Of a stretch of 30,483 nucleotides of DNA, positions 16,445 through 26,575 are shown piece by piece. Position 1 is the first letter of the stretch, and each line of letters starts with the position of its first letter. A program made the position numbers and the translations under genes. The stretch spans positions 1-30,483 of the IMG/VR virus record IMGVR_UViG_3300032218_001401, one strand, 5' to 3'. The notes under the pieces are model-generated. The model did not search any database. It worked only from the letters and a program-made list of their open reading frames with translations, and had not been told where the DNA came from. The DNA is from a virus (Duplodnaviria; Caudoviricetes).

Positions 16445-16825
16445 ATGGCCTTTGTTCTCAAGCAATCCGACACCTACAACTGGCCTGTCACCTTTGACAT
16501 TCCCGTTGATGGTGGCCGCTTTGCCAAGCAAACGTTTGACGCTGAATTCAAACGCCCCAAGCAAAGCCGGATCATTGAGATCCAAGAGTCCGTGATGAAG
16601 CGCCTCCGCGCGATCCAGCGCGATGAGGACACCGACGGCATGATCACCGACCAGGAAATCGCTGATGAAATCCTGGTCGGTTGGTCTGGCGTTGAAGATG
16701 GTGAAGGTGGCGAAGTGCCATTTTCCGAAAAGGCCAAGCAGCAGGTTCTAGACGTGCCGGCCGTCACGGCTGCTGTGGTTGAAGCGTTTTTTGATTCCCT
16801 CAAGGGAGCCAAGAGAAAAAACTAA
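16445..16825 (+). CDS. Tail assembly chaperone G
   Basis: Between tube and tape measure; ILVGWSGVEDGEGGEVPFSE; ends in the slippery A-AAA-AAC. Confidence 0.85.
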   Translation: MAFVLKQSDTYNWPVTFDIPVDGGRFAKQTFDAEFKRPKQSRIIEIQESVMKRLRAIQRDEDTDGMITDQEIADEILVGWSGVEDGEGGEVPFSEKAKQQVLDVPAVTAAVVEAFFDSLKGAKRKN

Positions 16826-17148
16826 TAGAGGCCGCCGAGCACTGGGCAGGCGGCGGGGTCAAGGATGAAACACCTGAAGATGCAGCAGTGCTGGGCGTTG
16901 TGCTGCCAGCCGACCACGAGGAGTCGGATGACTTCGAGGTGTGGGAAGAAAACTGGCCAGCCGTTGAAATGTTCATGCGTGCGCAGACGCAATGGCGCGT
17001 GGGCATGAATGGCCTCACTGGCCTGGACTATGGCGCCGTGGCGTGGCTGCTTAAACTGTACGAAGTGGAAGACCAGCGTTCGCTCCTGGAGGATTTGCAG
17101 GTGATGGAAGGCGCGGTGCTTGCTGTGATCGCCAAGCGGGAGGGCTAG
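16822..17148 (+). CDS. Tail assembly chaperone T portion (DUF1799-like), expressed as a G-T fusion by -1 frameshift
   Basis: The -1 frame is open from the slippery site: LIEAAEHWAGGGVKDETPEDAAVLG...FEVWEENWPAVEMF....TQWRVGMNGLTGLDY. Confidence 0.85.
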   Translation, partial: LIEAAEHWAGGGVKDETPEDAAVLGVVLPADHEESDDFEVWEENWPAVEMFMRAQTQWRVGMNGLTGLDYGAVAWLLKLYEVEDQRSLLEDLQVMEGAVLAVIAKREG

Positions 17149-17151
17149 GCC

Positions 17152-19971
17152 ATGGCGATGAATATGAACGCTGCGCTGAATATCAAAGCCAACGTTGAAG
17201 GCGTCAACAATATCGTTTCGCTCAACCGTGGCTTGGCCGCCGTGGAAGGCACGGCCAAGGGCGTCACCGGCGCCATGCGTGGCCTTGCTGGCGCATCTGC
17301 TGGCCTATCTGGTGCGCTGGGCGCCTTGGCTCCGCTCGCCTCCGTGGCGGGGCTTGTGGGGCTGGCCAAGAACGCATTGGAAGCGGGTGACGCGCTGAAC
17401 GATATGTCTCAGCGCACGGGCGTCAGCGTTGAGGCGTTAGCGCGATTCAAAAAGGCCGCGGCCGTCAGCGGCACGGATTTGGACACGGTTGCCAAAGGGC
17501 TTAACAAGCTCAGCAAAAACATGCTGGACGCTGCCACCGGCAATGACAAGGCGGCAGCGAGCTTCGCCGCAATGGGCATCAAAATCAAAGATGCCAGTGG
17601 GCAGATCAAATCATCCGATCGTGTAATGCTCGAACTTGCTGACAGGTTCAGCAAGATGAAAGACAGCTCCACGAAAACTGGTCTAGCAATGGACCTGTTT
17701 GGCAAGAAGTTTGGACCTGATCTGATTCCCATGCTCAATATGGGCGGCGATGCGATCGACAAGCTATCGGTCAAGATGACCACCGCCTTCGCGCAAAGGG
17801 CGGATGAGTACAGCGATAAACTGGCGATGCTCAGCGGCAAGGTCGGTGCTCTCGGCGCTGATCTGCTGATCGCGCTGTTACCGGCGCTGGAAAAGATTAC
17901 CGATGCGGTCAGCGGCGCCGTTGATGCGTTCAACAAATTGCCAGGACCAGTTAAAGCAACCGCCGTGGCCGGCGCCATTTTGGCTATCTCATGGGGACCG
18001 ATCACTGGGTTGATCCGTGGCGCTGGAGCAGCGTTTGCCATCGCTGCCAACGGGCTTGAGATTTTGCGCTACCAGGCTGCTCTGGCAGGTGGCGTGATGC
18101 CTTTGCTCAGTGGTGGTATTGAAGCGGTATCGGAAGCCATTTACGCCATCCCTGGATGGGGCTGGGCGCTTGCTGGTGTCGCGGCAATAGCGGCGTTGAG
18201 TGCTGCGCTTTACAAAAACAACAGTGATTTCAAAAACTGGGTAGACAATGTTGCAAACATTGTCTCCAACGATTTTCAATCCGCGATGAAGTCAATCGCG
18301 GAGAGTGCGCAATCGGCTTTCAAAACTGCCGCAGACGCTGGCGACTGGTTTAGCGATCAAATGAAAAATGTTGCCGCTTCCATTCCCCAAGGCTTCGCTG
18401 ATGGTTTTGCACAAATGGTGCAATATGGGCAACAAGCATTTCAAAAACTCGGAACGATTCTTTTCGGCTGGTGGAATAGCATACCCGCACCAATTCGGGG
18501 AATGATCAGCGGCACTGGCAAAGCCTTGGGAAATGCGTTGCAAATGGTCCCTGGGGTTTATCCCACAGTGGTGGCATTTGAAGCTTTAGGGAAGGGACCA
18601 GTTAACAAGGGCAAAGGCAAAAATGACGGCAAGAACCCAAACCTTTCGCCCGATGTTTTTACTCCAAATCTTTCCGCGCTAGATACCGGCGCCAAAGATG
18701 CAGCCGATAAAGCCGCAAGGCTTGCCGCCGAACGCGAAAAGCTAAGGCTAGATCTAATTGCATCTCAAGAACAATTTACATATTTAGAACGTCAAAAAGA
18801 AATTAACGATCTGCTGCTGCAAGAAAACGACCTCAGGGCTCGCGGGTTGATTACTGCAACTTCTGCAACGCATTTGAAGGTACTGGACAAACAGGAAAAA
18901 CTTGAAGAGCTGAAGATCGAAACCGAGCTGCAAAAAAAACTGGCAGATGCGCGCAAGGAAATGGATCCGCAAAGCCGTGCGCTCAAAGAGCAAATTGCTT
19001 ACACCGATTCAATTGTTAAAAAAGCCGAAGCACGCCTTAAGCTTCAGCAAGACCAAAAACTTGAAACCCAAGCAACCACTCAAGCGCTTAAACAGCAAGC
19101 ACAAGAGCAAGCAAAAGCCATCGGGGACATTCGCAACCGCACGAAATATGCGATCATTGGCGCTACGCAAGGCAGCGAGCAGGAGCAGCGCCAGCGTGAA
19201 ATTGACGATTACAAGCGCCGCATTCAAGAAGCCAACGGGCGCGGTAATGCGGATGAGGCAAAGCGGCTACAAGAACAACTTGATGCGCTCATGCAGCAAT
19301 TCAAGGAAATGGATGCGTTGGCCAACAATGCCGGCTTTGGCTTTGCAAAAGGCATTCGCGGTTATCTCGATGGCATCGGCTCCCTGGCGGACAGCATCGC
19401 CAACGTCACCAAAAACGTATTCCAAGGCTTGGAAGACAAGCTGGTGGAGTTTGTCACCACCGGCAAGGCCAGCTTCAAAGATTTCGCAAACGAGATCATC
19501 AAACAGCTGATCCGCATTGCAATTCAACAGGCAATCATGAAACCATTGCTTCAAGGCATTGGCAGTTTGTTTGGTGGGTTTGGCGGTGGTGGCGGGGGAT
19601 TGCTTGGCTATGGCGGCGGCAGCGCATTCAAGCTCAGCGCCAACGGCAACGTGTTCGCTGCTAACGGCATCGTGCCTTACGCGATGGGTGGCATTGTCGA
19701 TCGCCCCACCATCTTCCCCTTTGCCAAGGGCGTGGGGCTGATGGGCGAAGCCGGTCCCGAGGCCATCATTCCCCTCAGGCGTGGCGCTGATGGCAGGCTC
19801 GGCGTTGCAGGCGGCGGTGGCAGCACTAACGTCACGGTGAACGTGGATGCCAAGGGCAGCAGCGTGCAGGGCGACTCTGGCAAGGGCAACCAGTTGGCCA
19901 GGGTGGTTGCAGCAGCGGTGCAAGCTGAGATGATTAAACAGAAACGGCCTGGTGGCCTCCTGGCGGCATAA
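17152..19971 (+). CDS. Tape measure protein (lambda-type C-terminus)
   Basis: 939 aa, Ala/Gly-rich helical; LNDMSQRTGVSVEAL; LVEFVTTGKASFKDFA..II; ANGNVF..MGEAGPEAIIPL; KRPGGLL end. Confidence 0.93.
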   Translation: MAMNMNAALNIKANVEGVNNIVSLNRGLAAVEGTAKGVTGAMRGLAGASAGLSGALGALAPLASVAGLVGLAKNALEAGDALNDMSQRTGVSVEALARFKKAAAVSGTDLDTVAKGLNKLSKNMLDAATGNDKAAASFAAMGIKIKDASGQIKSSDRVMLELADRFSKMKDSSTKTGLAMDLFGKKFGPDLIPMLNMGGDAIDKLSVKMTTAFAQRADEYSDKLAMLSGKVGALGADLLIALLPALEKITDAVSGAVDAFNKLPGPVKATAVAGAILAISWGPITGLIRGAGAAFAIAANGLEILRYQAALAGGVMPLLSGGIEAVSEAIYAIPGWGWALAGVAAIAALSAALYKNNSDFKNWVDNVANIVSNDFQSAMKSIAESAQSAFKTAADAGDWFSDQMKNVAASIPQGFADGFAQMVQYGQQAFQKLGTILFGWWNSIPAPIRGMISGTGKALGNALQMVPGVYPTVVAFEALGKGPVNKGKGKNDGKNPNLSPDVFTPNLSALDTGAKDAADKAARLAAEREKLRLDLIASQEQFTYLERQKEINDLLLQENDLRARGLITATSATHLKVLDKQEKLEELKIETELQKKLADARKEMDPQSRALKEQIAYTDSIVKKAEARLKLQQDQKLETQATTQALKQQAQEQAKAIGDIRNRTKYAIIGATQGSEQEQRQREIDDYKRRIQEANGRGNADEAKRLQEQLDALMQQFKEMDALANNAGFGFAKGIRGYLDGIGSLADSIANVTKNVFQGLEDKLVEFVTTGKASFKDFANEIIKQLIRIAIQQAIMKPLLQGIGSLFGGFGGGGGGLLGYGGGSAFKLSANGNVFAANGIVPYAMGGIVDRPTIFPFAKGVGLMGEAGPEAIIPLRRGADGRLGVAGGGGSTNVTVNVDAKGSSVQGDSGKGNQLARVVAAAVQAEMIKQKRPGGLLAA

Positions 19972-19973
19972 CG

Positions 19974-20309
19974 ATGGCGACCTTTACCTACACACCAAGT
20001 TTTGAAGCCACCGAAAGCAGCAAGCCTCGGGCGCATAAGTTTCAGGCTGGTGATGGCTATGAACAGCGCGTGCGGTTCGGGCTGAATACAGATCCGAAAG
20101 AATGGACGTTGACGTTCTCGGAGCGCACGGACACCGAGCGTGATGCCATCTTGGCGTTTTTTGAAACCAACGCGGGCGTCACATCATTTGATTGGACCCC
20201 GCCGCGTGGCAGCACCGGCAAGTATGTCTGCGAAGAATGGCAGGTGACCATGCGGGCGTACAACTTCAACACGATTCAGGCCACGTTCCGCCAGGTGTTT
20301 GAGCCGTGA
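19974..20309 (+). CDS. Minor tail protein M (distal tail)
   Basis: [29 protein letters not shown]. Confidence 0.9.
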   Translation: MATFTYTPSFEATESSKPRAHKFQAGDGYEQRVRFGLNTDPKEWTLTFSERTDTERDAILAFFETNAGVTSFDWTPPRGSTGKYVCEEWQVTMRAYNFNTIQATFRQVFEP

Positions 20310-21022
20310 CCGTACCTGTTTCAGCTCTTCAAGCGGTTGCCCCCAGCGCCATCATCGAGCTGTTCGAGTTGCAGCTCAACACGACGATCCAGGGCAGCAA
20401 CACGATCTACCGCTTCCACGCCGGGACAAACGCAACCGGCACCAACGGCAACGTTGTGTGGGCGGGCAACACCTACCAAGCGTTCCCGATTGAGGCCGAG
20501 GGCTTTGAGTACAGCGGCAATGGCCAGCTTCCACGTCCCAAGATTCGCGTCAGCAATATCCTCGGCACCATCACCGCCATCATCCTGGCCACGCCACTGG
20601 AGGGCGCCAAGGTCACGCGCATCCGCACGATGGCCAGGTATCTGGACGCGGTGAACTTCAGCGGTGGCACCAACCCCTATGGCACGCCGGACTCGACCGC
20701 TGAGTTCCCGCGCGAGGTGTACTACATCGACCGCAAGAGCGTTGAAACCCGCGACGTGGTGGAGTTTGAGCTGGCAGCAGCATTCGACCTCATTGGCGTA
20801 CGCAGTCCAAAACGTCAGTGCATTTCCAACATTTGCCAATGGGTTTATCGCTCGGCGGAATGCTCCTACACCGGCACCAACTATTTCACTGAGAATGACG
20901 TGGCCACCACGGCTGCCAATGACGTGTGCGGCAAGCGTCTGAGTAGTTGCAAGGCACGGTTTAGTTCCACGGCGCAGCTCCCCTTTGGCAGCTATCCAGG
21001 CGTCGGCACCTACTTCACATGA
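20306..21022 (+). CDS. Minor tail protein L
   Basis: [38 protein letters not shown]-terminal [12 protein letters not shown]...[14 protein letters not shown]. Confidence 0.93.
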   Translation: MTVPVSALQAVAPSAIIELFELQLNTTIQGSNTIYRFHAGTNATGTNGNVVWAGNTYQAFPIEAEGFEYSGNGQLPRPKIRVSNILGTITAIILATPLEGAKVTRIRTMARYLDAVNFSGGTNPYGTPDSTAEFPREVYYIDRKSVETRDVVEFELAAAFDLIGVRSPKRQCISNICQWVYRSAECSYTGTNYFTENDVATTAANDVCGKRLSSCKARFSSTAQLPFGSYPGVGTYFT

Positions 21023-21735
21023 ACGACACCACACGCGCTGCTGCGCTGGAGCACGCCAAGGCTGAAGATCCCCGCGAGGCTTGCGGGCTGGTGGTGGTGG
21101 TCAAAGGCCGCGAACGCTACTGGCCATGCCGCAACCTCAGCTCTGAGCCGGGCGACTTCTTCACGCTCGATCCTGAAGACTTTGCCAAGGCCGAGGATGC
21201 TGGCGAGATCGTGGCCATCGTCCACAGCCATCCGACCACACCACCGGAACCATCGCAGGCAGATCGTGTGGCGTGCGAGAAGTCCGGCCTGCCCTGGTAC
21301 ATCGTCAACCCCAAAACCAAAGCATGGGGCGAATGCAAACCCGAGGGCTACAAGGCGCCTTTGATTGGCCGCGAATGGGTGTGGGGCGTGCAGGACTGCT
21401 GGTCGCTGGTGCGTGATTACTACGGCGAGCAAGGCATCGTGCTGCCCGATTGGGAACGGCCGCTTACCTACGCCGAGTTTGAAGCCAAACCCATGTTTGA
21501 AGGTTGCTGGCGTGATGCTGGCTTTGAGCAAGTGGCGGAGGAGGATATTCAGCCAGGCGACGCGGTGCTGATGTGCGTTTCAGGCACAGGGTTGAATCAC
21601 GTTGGCGTCTACCTCGGTGACCAGATGCTGCTGCATCATCTCGGACCCAATCGGCTTAGTAGTCGGGATCTTTATGGCGGCTGGCTGATGAAGTGCACCG
21701 GCTGGGTCGGCCGACTTACCATGGCGAAAGGCTAG
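21019..21735 (+). CDS. Tail assembly protein K (JAB/MPN + NlpC/P60)
   Basis: PREACG, HSHP...PSQAD (JAB); [21 protein letters not shown] (NlpC/P60). Confidence 0.93.
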   Translation: MNDTTRAAALEHAKAEDPREACGLVVVVKGRERYWPCRNLSSEPGDFFTLDPEDFAKAEDAGEIVAIVHSHPTTPPEPSQADRVACEKSGLPWYIVNPKTKAWGECKPEGYKAPLIGREWVWGVQDCWSLVRDYYGEQGIVLPDWERPLTYAEFEAKPMFEGCWRDAGFEQVAEEDIQPGDAVLMCVSGTGLNHVGVYLGDQMLLHHLGPNRLSSRDLYGGWLMKCTGWVGRLTMAKG

Positions 21736-21743
21736 GTGATCTG

Positions 21744-22334
21744 ATGCGCGAGATCAGGATCTACGGAGCATTGGCCAAGTTTCTCAAGCGCCGCGTGTTC
21801 CGCGCTGAGGTGGCATCGGCGGCTGAGGCTGTGCGGTTTCTGGTGGCCAATTTCCCGGCCGTTGAAAAGCACATGGCGGATCAGCATTACCGGGTAAGTC
21901 TTGGTGAGCGCGACCTCGCTCTCGAAGAAATCCACGATCCTGCCGGCCAGCAAGTGATCAAGATCGTGCCCGTGGTGGCCGGTGCTGGCAAAGTGGGTCA
22001 AATCCTGGCCGGCGTGGCGTTAATTGCACTTGCGTTTGTCAGCTTTGGCGCTGGCGCCTTTGCTGGCGTAGGAGTCGCAGGTGCGTTTGGTAGTTCTGCG
22101 TTGTTTGGCATTGGCGCCAGTTTGGTCCTTGGCGGAATTGCCCAGCTTTTAACGCCCACGCCAAAAATGGCTACTGGCACAGATTCCAATAACGACCCCC
22201 GCAAGTCCTACAGCTTCAGCTCGATCCAGAACACGTCACGTCAAGGCACGCCCGTACCCGTTGTTTACGGCGAAACCATCGTGGGCTCGGTTGTAATCAG
22301 CGCCGGCATCGACATTGCGCAGGTGGCGGCATGA
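21744..22334 (+). CDS. Tail assembly protein I
   Basis: IRIYGALAKF, IKIVPVVAGAG, SYSFSSIQNTSRQGTPVPVVYGE..VGSVVISAG. Start revised to the ATG at 21744. Confidence 0.9.
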   Translation: MREIRIYGALAKFLKRRVFRAEVASAAEAVRFLVANFPAVEKHMADQHYRVSLGERDLALEEIHDPAGQQVIKIVPVVAGAGKVGQILAGVALIALAFVSFGAGAFAGVGVAGAFGSSALFGIGASLVLGGIAQLLTPTPKMATGTDSNNDPRKSYSFSSIQNTSRQGTPVPVVYGETIVGSVVISAGIDIAQVAA

Positions 22335-25300
22335 AACGGATTATCGGTGCCGGCGGTGGCGGTGGCGGTGGCAAGGGCGGTGGTGGTGGTGGCGACCAAC
22401 ATACGCCAGTTGAAGCAGGTAACAGCCTGTTTTCCACCTCCTACGCCAACCTGGTTGATCTGGTCAGTGAAGGCGAGATTTATGGCCTCAAGGATGGCCT
22501 AAAATCTATTTACGTTGACAACACGCCACTGCAAAATGCAGATGGGTCGTACAATTTTCAAAACGTCAACGTTTACACTCGCACCGGCACGCAATCCCAA
22601 AGCTACATTTCTGGCTTTGATGATGTTGGCAATGAAGTCGCTGTTGGCGTAACCGTTCAGCAAGCCACGCCTGTGGTGCGCAGCATCACCAACACAGCCG
22701 TTAACGCTGCACGGGTCACCATCACGGTCCCTTCTCTTCAGCAATTTCAAGACAACGGTGACATCAATGGCACCAGCATCCAGCTACTCATTGCCGTGCA
22801 ATACAACGGTGGCGGTTACACCACGGTCATTGATGACACCATCAGTGGGCGCACTTCGCAGCAATATCAAAAACAATATCTGGTCAACTTCAGCGGTGCG
22901 TTTCCGGTAGACATTAAAGTCACCCGTGTCACGGCTGATAGCGGTAGCGCCAAACTTGCCAATGCTTTTAGCTGGAGCAGCTATACCGAGGTCACCTACG
23001 CCAAGTTGGCTTATCCCAACTCAGCGTTGATTGGTGTTCGGATTGATGCAGAACAATTCAGCAGCATTCCCAGCCGCTCGTATCGAATTCGTGGCATCAA
23101 GGTCAAGATTCCAAGCAACGCCACAGTCGATAACACAACTGGCCGGCTGATCTATTCAGGCACATGGAACGGCACGTTTGGCGCGGCGCAATGGTGTAGT
23201 GATCCCGCCTGGTGCCTATGGGACTTGCTCACCTCAACTCGCTACGGGTTTGGCAATCACATTGACACCACCCAGCTCGACAAATGGGCGTTCTATTCCG
23301 CCAGCCAATACTGCTCCACGCTTGTACTTGATGGTTTTGGGGGCACTGAGCCGCGCTTTTCTTGCAACGTCAATCTTCAAAACGAAGAAGACGCCTACAA
23401 GCTCATCAACGACATGTGCTCGGTGTTCCGCGCCATGCCGTACTGGAGCACGGGCTCACTCACGGTTGCACAAGATAAGCCTGTAGATCCTGCCTACCTG
23501 TTCACGCTGGCCAACGTCAGCGAGGAAGGTTTCAGCTACAGCGGCTCCAGCCTGAAAACGAGGCCGAACGTGGCCGTGGTCCAGTACATGGATCTCGACC
23601 TCAGAAACACGGCTTACGAGGTCGTGGAAAACGCGGCGGCAATCGCCAAATACGGCGTCATCAAGACCGATGTAACCGCCTTCGCTTGCACTTCTCGCGG
23701 TCAAGCCCACCGCGTTGGCAAATGGTTGCTTTATACCGCCAACTATGAAGCGACGGAGACCGTCACTTTCACAGCCTCGATTGATGCGGGTGTGGTGGTG
23801 CGCCCTGGTCAGGTCATTGAGATCAGCGACCCCGTAAGGGCAGGGTCAAGGCGCGGCGGGCGGATCTCAGCGGCGACCACAACAGTAATCACCGTTGATA
23901 ATGCCACCGGCTTGACCATGGCAGGTGCGCCAACCTTGTCCGTAATTTTGAATGATGGCTCTGTTCAAACTCAATCAATATCAGCCATCTCTGGAAACGC
24001 AATAACAGTATCTACAGCTTTCAGCTCCGCGCCTAATGCCAATAGTGTTTGGATCTGTGAAACCAATGATCTGCAAACAACAACCTGGCGCGTGCTGGGC
24101 GTTCAAGAACAAGATCAGTGCAAATACGCCATAACCGCACTTGCCTATAACAGCTTCAAATACGCCTACATTGAAAACAATGTAACTTTGCAGCCACGCA
24201 ATATATCCACTTTGAACAATGTTCCTAACGCTCCCACCAACTTAAACCTAACGGAAGCACTTTATAAATATCAATCGCAAGTGCTTTCAAAACTCATTGT
24301 AACTTGGCAGGGCGTTACTGGGATTGGCCAATACATTGTCAAATGGCGTAAAGATTCTGGCAACTGGACTACGCTTACCTGCCAACAGCAAGACTACGAA
24401 ATCTTAAATACAACGCCTGGATTGTTTGAGTTCAACATTTATAGTCTCAACGCCGGCGGCCAGGTTTCATCGACCGCGCTTTCTGGATCTAAATCTGTCT
24501 TAGGCAAAACAGCTCCACCGGCTGATGTAACCAGCCTGGTCTACACAGTCGATCCGACACTGGGTGTGACTCTGAGCTGGGCGGATGTAACCGATCTTGA
24601 TCTTGATACCTACGAAATCAGACGCGGCACTTCGTGGGGCTCCGCCACCTACGTCACGCAAACCAAGTCCACCAGCTACAAGGTGGGCTATCTCGACGAC
24701 GGCACCTACACCTATTTGGTGAAGGCCATTGACACCTCACAGGTCTACAGCGCCAACGCGGCGAGCGTTGCCGTCACGATCAGCGGCGCAGCAGCAACAA
24801 CAATTACGCAAACCATCAACGGCACGGATCTGGTGTTGTCGTGGACGGTGCCAACCGTCAGGACCTATGCGATTGATTATTACCGCGTCACCTACGGCAA
24901 TACCTACGCCACATCCACCGAGCTGACCAAATCCCAAACCACCAGCTTCACGGTGCCAATCACCTGGACTGGTAGCCGCACTTTCTACGTTGCGCCCGTT
25001 GACAAGGTTGGCAAATTCACGGATCCGCCAACTAGCAGCGTTGTTGCCGTCAGCGGCGCTGCTGCACCGACCATCACCACGTCAGTTGGTGGCAGCACTG
25101 CAACGCTGACATGGACTGCTGTTGCAGGCACGCTGCCCACTGCTGGTTATGAAATCCGTCAAGGCGGCACATTCTCGACCGCAACGGTGCTCGCCAACAT
25201 CACCGGCACCAGTTACACGCTGAAAGCAACGTGGAGCGGTGCGCAGACCTTCTGGGTGGTGGCCAAGGATGCCAACGGCAACTACGGCACCCAGGCTTCA

Positions 25301-26575
25301 GCAATCATCACCGTCAACGCTGCTGGCGCACCAACGCTTAGTGCATCGTTTGCTGGCCAGAACACCGTCTTTACCTGGAACGCAGTCAAGGGCACGCTTG
25401 ATACCGATTACTACTTACTGAAGCGTGGCGCCTCCTGGGCTGCTGGCACCACAGTGGCCACGATCTATTCCACTGCTTACACGTTGAAAGCTGATTGGGG
25501 CGGCGTTGCAACGTTCTGGCTTGCAGCCGTGGATATTAACGGCACTGAAGGCACACCCGTCAGCTTGAACGTGACCGTGACGGTGCCCACAACGCCGACC
25601 ATCACCCAGCAAGTCATCGACAACAACGTGTTGCTGCGCTGGAACGACGTAACGCAAACGTTGCCCATCTTGAATTACGAATTGCGCAAAGGCGCAAGCT
25701 GGGCTGCTGGCACCGTGATTGGCACGAAGCAAGGTGGCTTCACCACGGTGTTTGAGACGGCTTCGGGGTCATACACCTATTGGCTGGCGGGGCTGGATTC
25801 TGCAGGCAACTACGGCACGCCCGGCAGCGTCACAGCGCTCGTGAACCAGCCGCCGGATTATGTGCTGAAGTACAACCAGGACAGCACCTTCAGCGGCACC
25901 AAAACCAACATCATCACGGCGGAAACTGGCCAGCTCGTCAATGTGAACACGACTGAGACCTGGCAAAGCCATTTCACCAGCCGGAGCTGGAGCACACCAC
26001 AAGATCAGATCAACGCGGGCTACAGCTACTTCCTGATGCCTTCGACCACCACGGCGTCTTATGAAGAATCCTTCGACTACGGCACAGTACTGGCTGGCAC
26101 CAAGATCACGGCCACGTTGACCAGTTCGGCAGTGGCCGGCAGCACCACAATTACTCCGACCGTAAGTGTGCGGCAGCTGGCGACAGATCCATGGACCAGC
26201 TACGCCGGCCTAAGCGAAGTGTTCGCCACCTCGTTCCGGTATTTCCGGGTGCGGTACGACTTCGCCTCAGCTGGTGGTGATGACCTGCAACTGTTGACCG
26301 CATTGAACGTGCGGTTGGATTCCAAGCTCCGCAATGACTCCGGTACAGGCACAGCGGTTTCTACTGACAGCGGCGGCACCACGGTGAACTTCAACATCGC
26401 CTTCGTGGACGTGGATTCAATCTCGGTAACTCCAACCAACAGCACTGGCACAGCGGTGATTGCGGTCTATGATTTCACTGATGTCCCATACCCGACTTCG
26501 TTTAAGGTGCTGCTCTACAACACCTCCGGCACACGGGTTAGCGGCGCCTTTAGCTGGAGCGCAAGAGGAGTCTGA
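22331..26575 (+). CDS. Tail tip / host-specificity protein J with tandem FN3-like repeats
   Basis: GAGGGG..KGG N-terminus, DLVSEGEIYGL, YPNSAL, WCSDPAWCLWDLLT..RYG, EPRFSCN, ACTSRGQAHRVGKWLL. Confidence 0.93.
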   Translation: MKRIIGAGGGGGGGKGGGGGGDQHTPVEAGNSLFSTSYANLVDLVSEGEIYGLKDGLKSIYVDNTPLQNADGSYNFQNVNVYTRTGTQSQSYISGFDDVGNEVAVGVTVQQATPVVRSITNTAVNAARVTITVPSLQQFQDNGDINGTSIQLLIAVQYNGGGYTTVIDDTISGRTSQQYQKQYLVNFSGAFPVDIKVTRVTADSGSAKLANAFSWSSYTEVTYAKLAYPNSALIGVRIDAEQFSSIPSRSYRIRGIKVKIPSNATVDNTTGRLIYSGTWNGTFGAAQWCSDPAWCLWDLLTSTRYGFGNHIDTTQLDKWAFYSASQYCSTLVLDGFGGTEPRFSCNVNLQNEEDAYKLINDMCSVFRAMPYWSTGSLTVAQDKPVDPAYLFTLANVSEEGFSYSGSSLKTRPNVAVVQYMDLDLRNTAYEVVENAAAIAKYGVIKTDVTAFACTSRGQAHRVGKWLLYTANYEATETVTFTASIDAGVVVRPGQVIEISDPVRAGSRRGGRISAATTTVITVDNATGLTMAGAPTLSVILNDGSVQTQSISAISGNAITVSTAFSSAPNANSVWICETNDLQTTTWRVLGVQEQDQCKYAITALAYNSFKYAYIENNVTLQPRNISTLNNVPNAPTNLNLTEALYKYQSQVLSKLIVTWQGVTGIGQYIVKWRKDSGNWTTLTCQQQDYEILNTTPGLFEFNIYSLNAGGQVSSTALSGSKSVLGKTAPPADVTSLVYTVDPTLGVTLSWADVTDLDLDTYEIRRGTSWGSATYVTQTKSTSYKVGYLDDGTYTYLVKAIDTSQVYSANAASVAVTISGAAATTITQTINGTDLVLSWTVPTVRTYAIDYYRVTYGNTYATSTELTKSQTTSFTVPITWTGSRTFYVAPVDKVGKFTDPPTSSVVAVSGAAAPTITTSVGGSTATLTWTAVAGTLPTAGYEIRQGGTFSTATVLANITGTSYTLKATWSGAQTFWVVAKDANGNYGTQASAIITVNAAGAPTLSASFAGQNTVFTWNAVKGTLDTDYYLLKRGASWAAGTTVATIYSTAYTLKADWGGVATFWLAAVDINGTEGTPVSLNVTVTVPTTPTITQQVIDNNVLLRWNDVTQTLPILNYELRKGASWAAGTVIGTKQGGFTTVFETASGSYTYWLAGLDSAGNYGTPGSVTALVNQPPDYVLKYNQDSTFSGTKTNIITAETGQLVNVNTTETWQSHFTSRSWSTPQDQINAGYSYFLMPSTTTASYEESFDYGTVLAGTKITATLTSSAVAGSTTITPTVSVRQLATDPWTSYAGLSEVFATSFRYFRVRYDFASAGGDDLQLLTALNVRLDSKLRNDSGTGTAVSTDSGGTTVNFNIAFVDVDSISVTPTNSTGTAVIAVYDFTDVPYPTSFKVLLYNTSGTRVSGAFSWSARGV
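24500..25850 (+). repeat. Five tandem ~88-90-aa FN3/Ig-like repeats in gpJ
   Basis: YEIRRGTSW (24611), YRVTYGNTY (24881), YEIRQGGTF (25148), YLLKRGASW (25412), YELRKGASW (25676); spacings 270, 267, 264 and 264 nt. Confidence 0.85.

Noticed and set aside
9798-21722. Scattered TAnnnT hexamers before late genes (TAAGAT 9798, TACGAT 15372, TACCAT 21717) as a late-promoter family
   Set aside because: The motif is too degenerate to separate from background without TSS data.
22350-22395. GGY trinucleotide run (possible G-quadruplex or microsatellite)
   Set aside because: Encodes the Gly-rich N-terminus normal for gpJ proteins.
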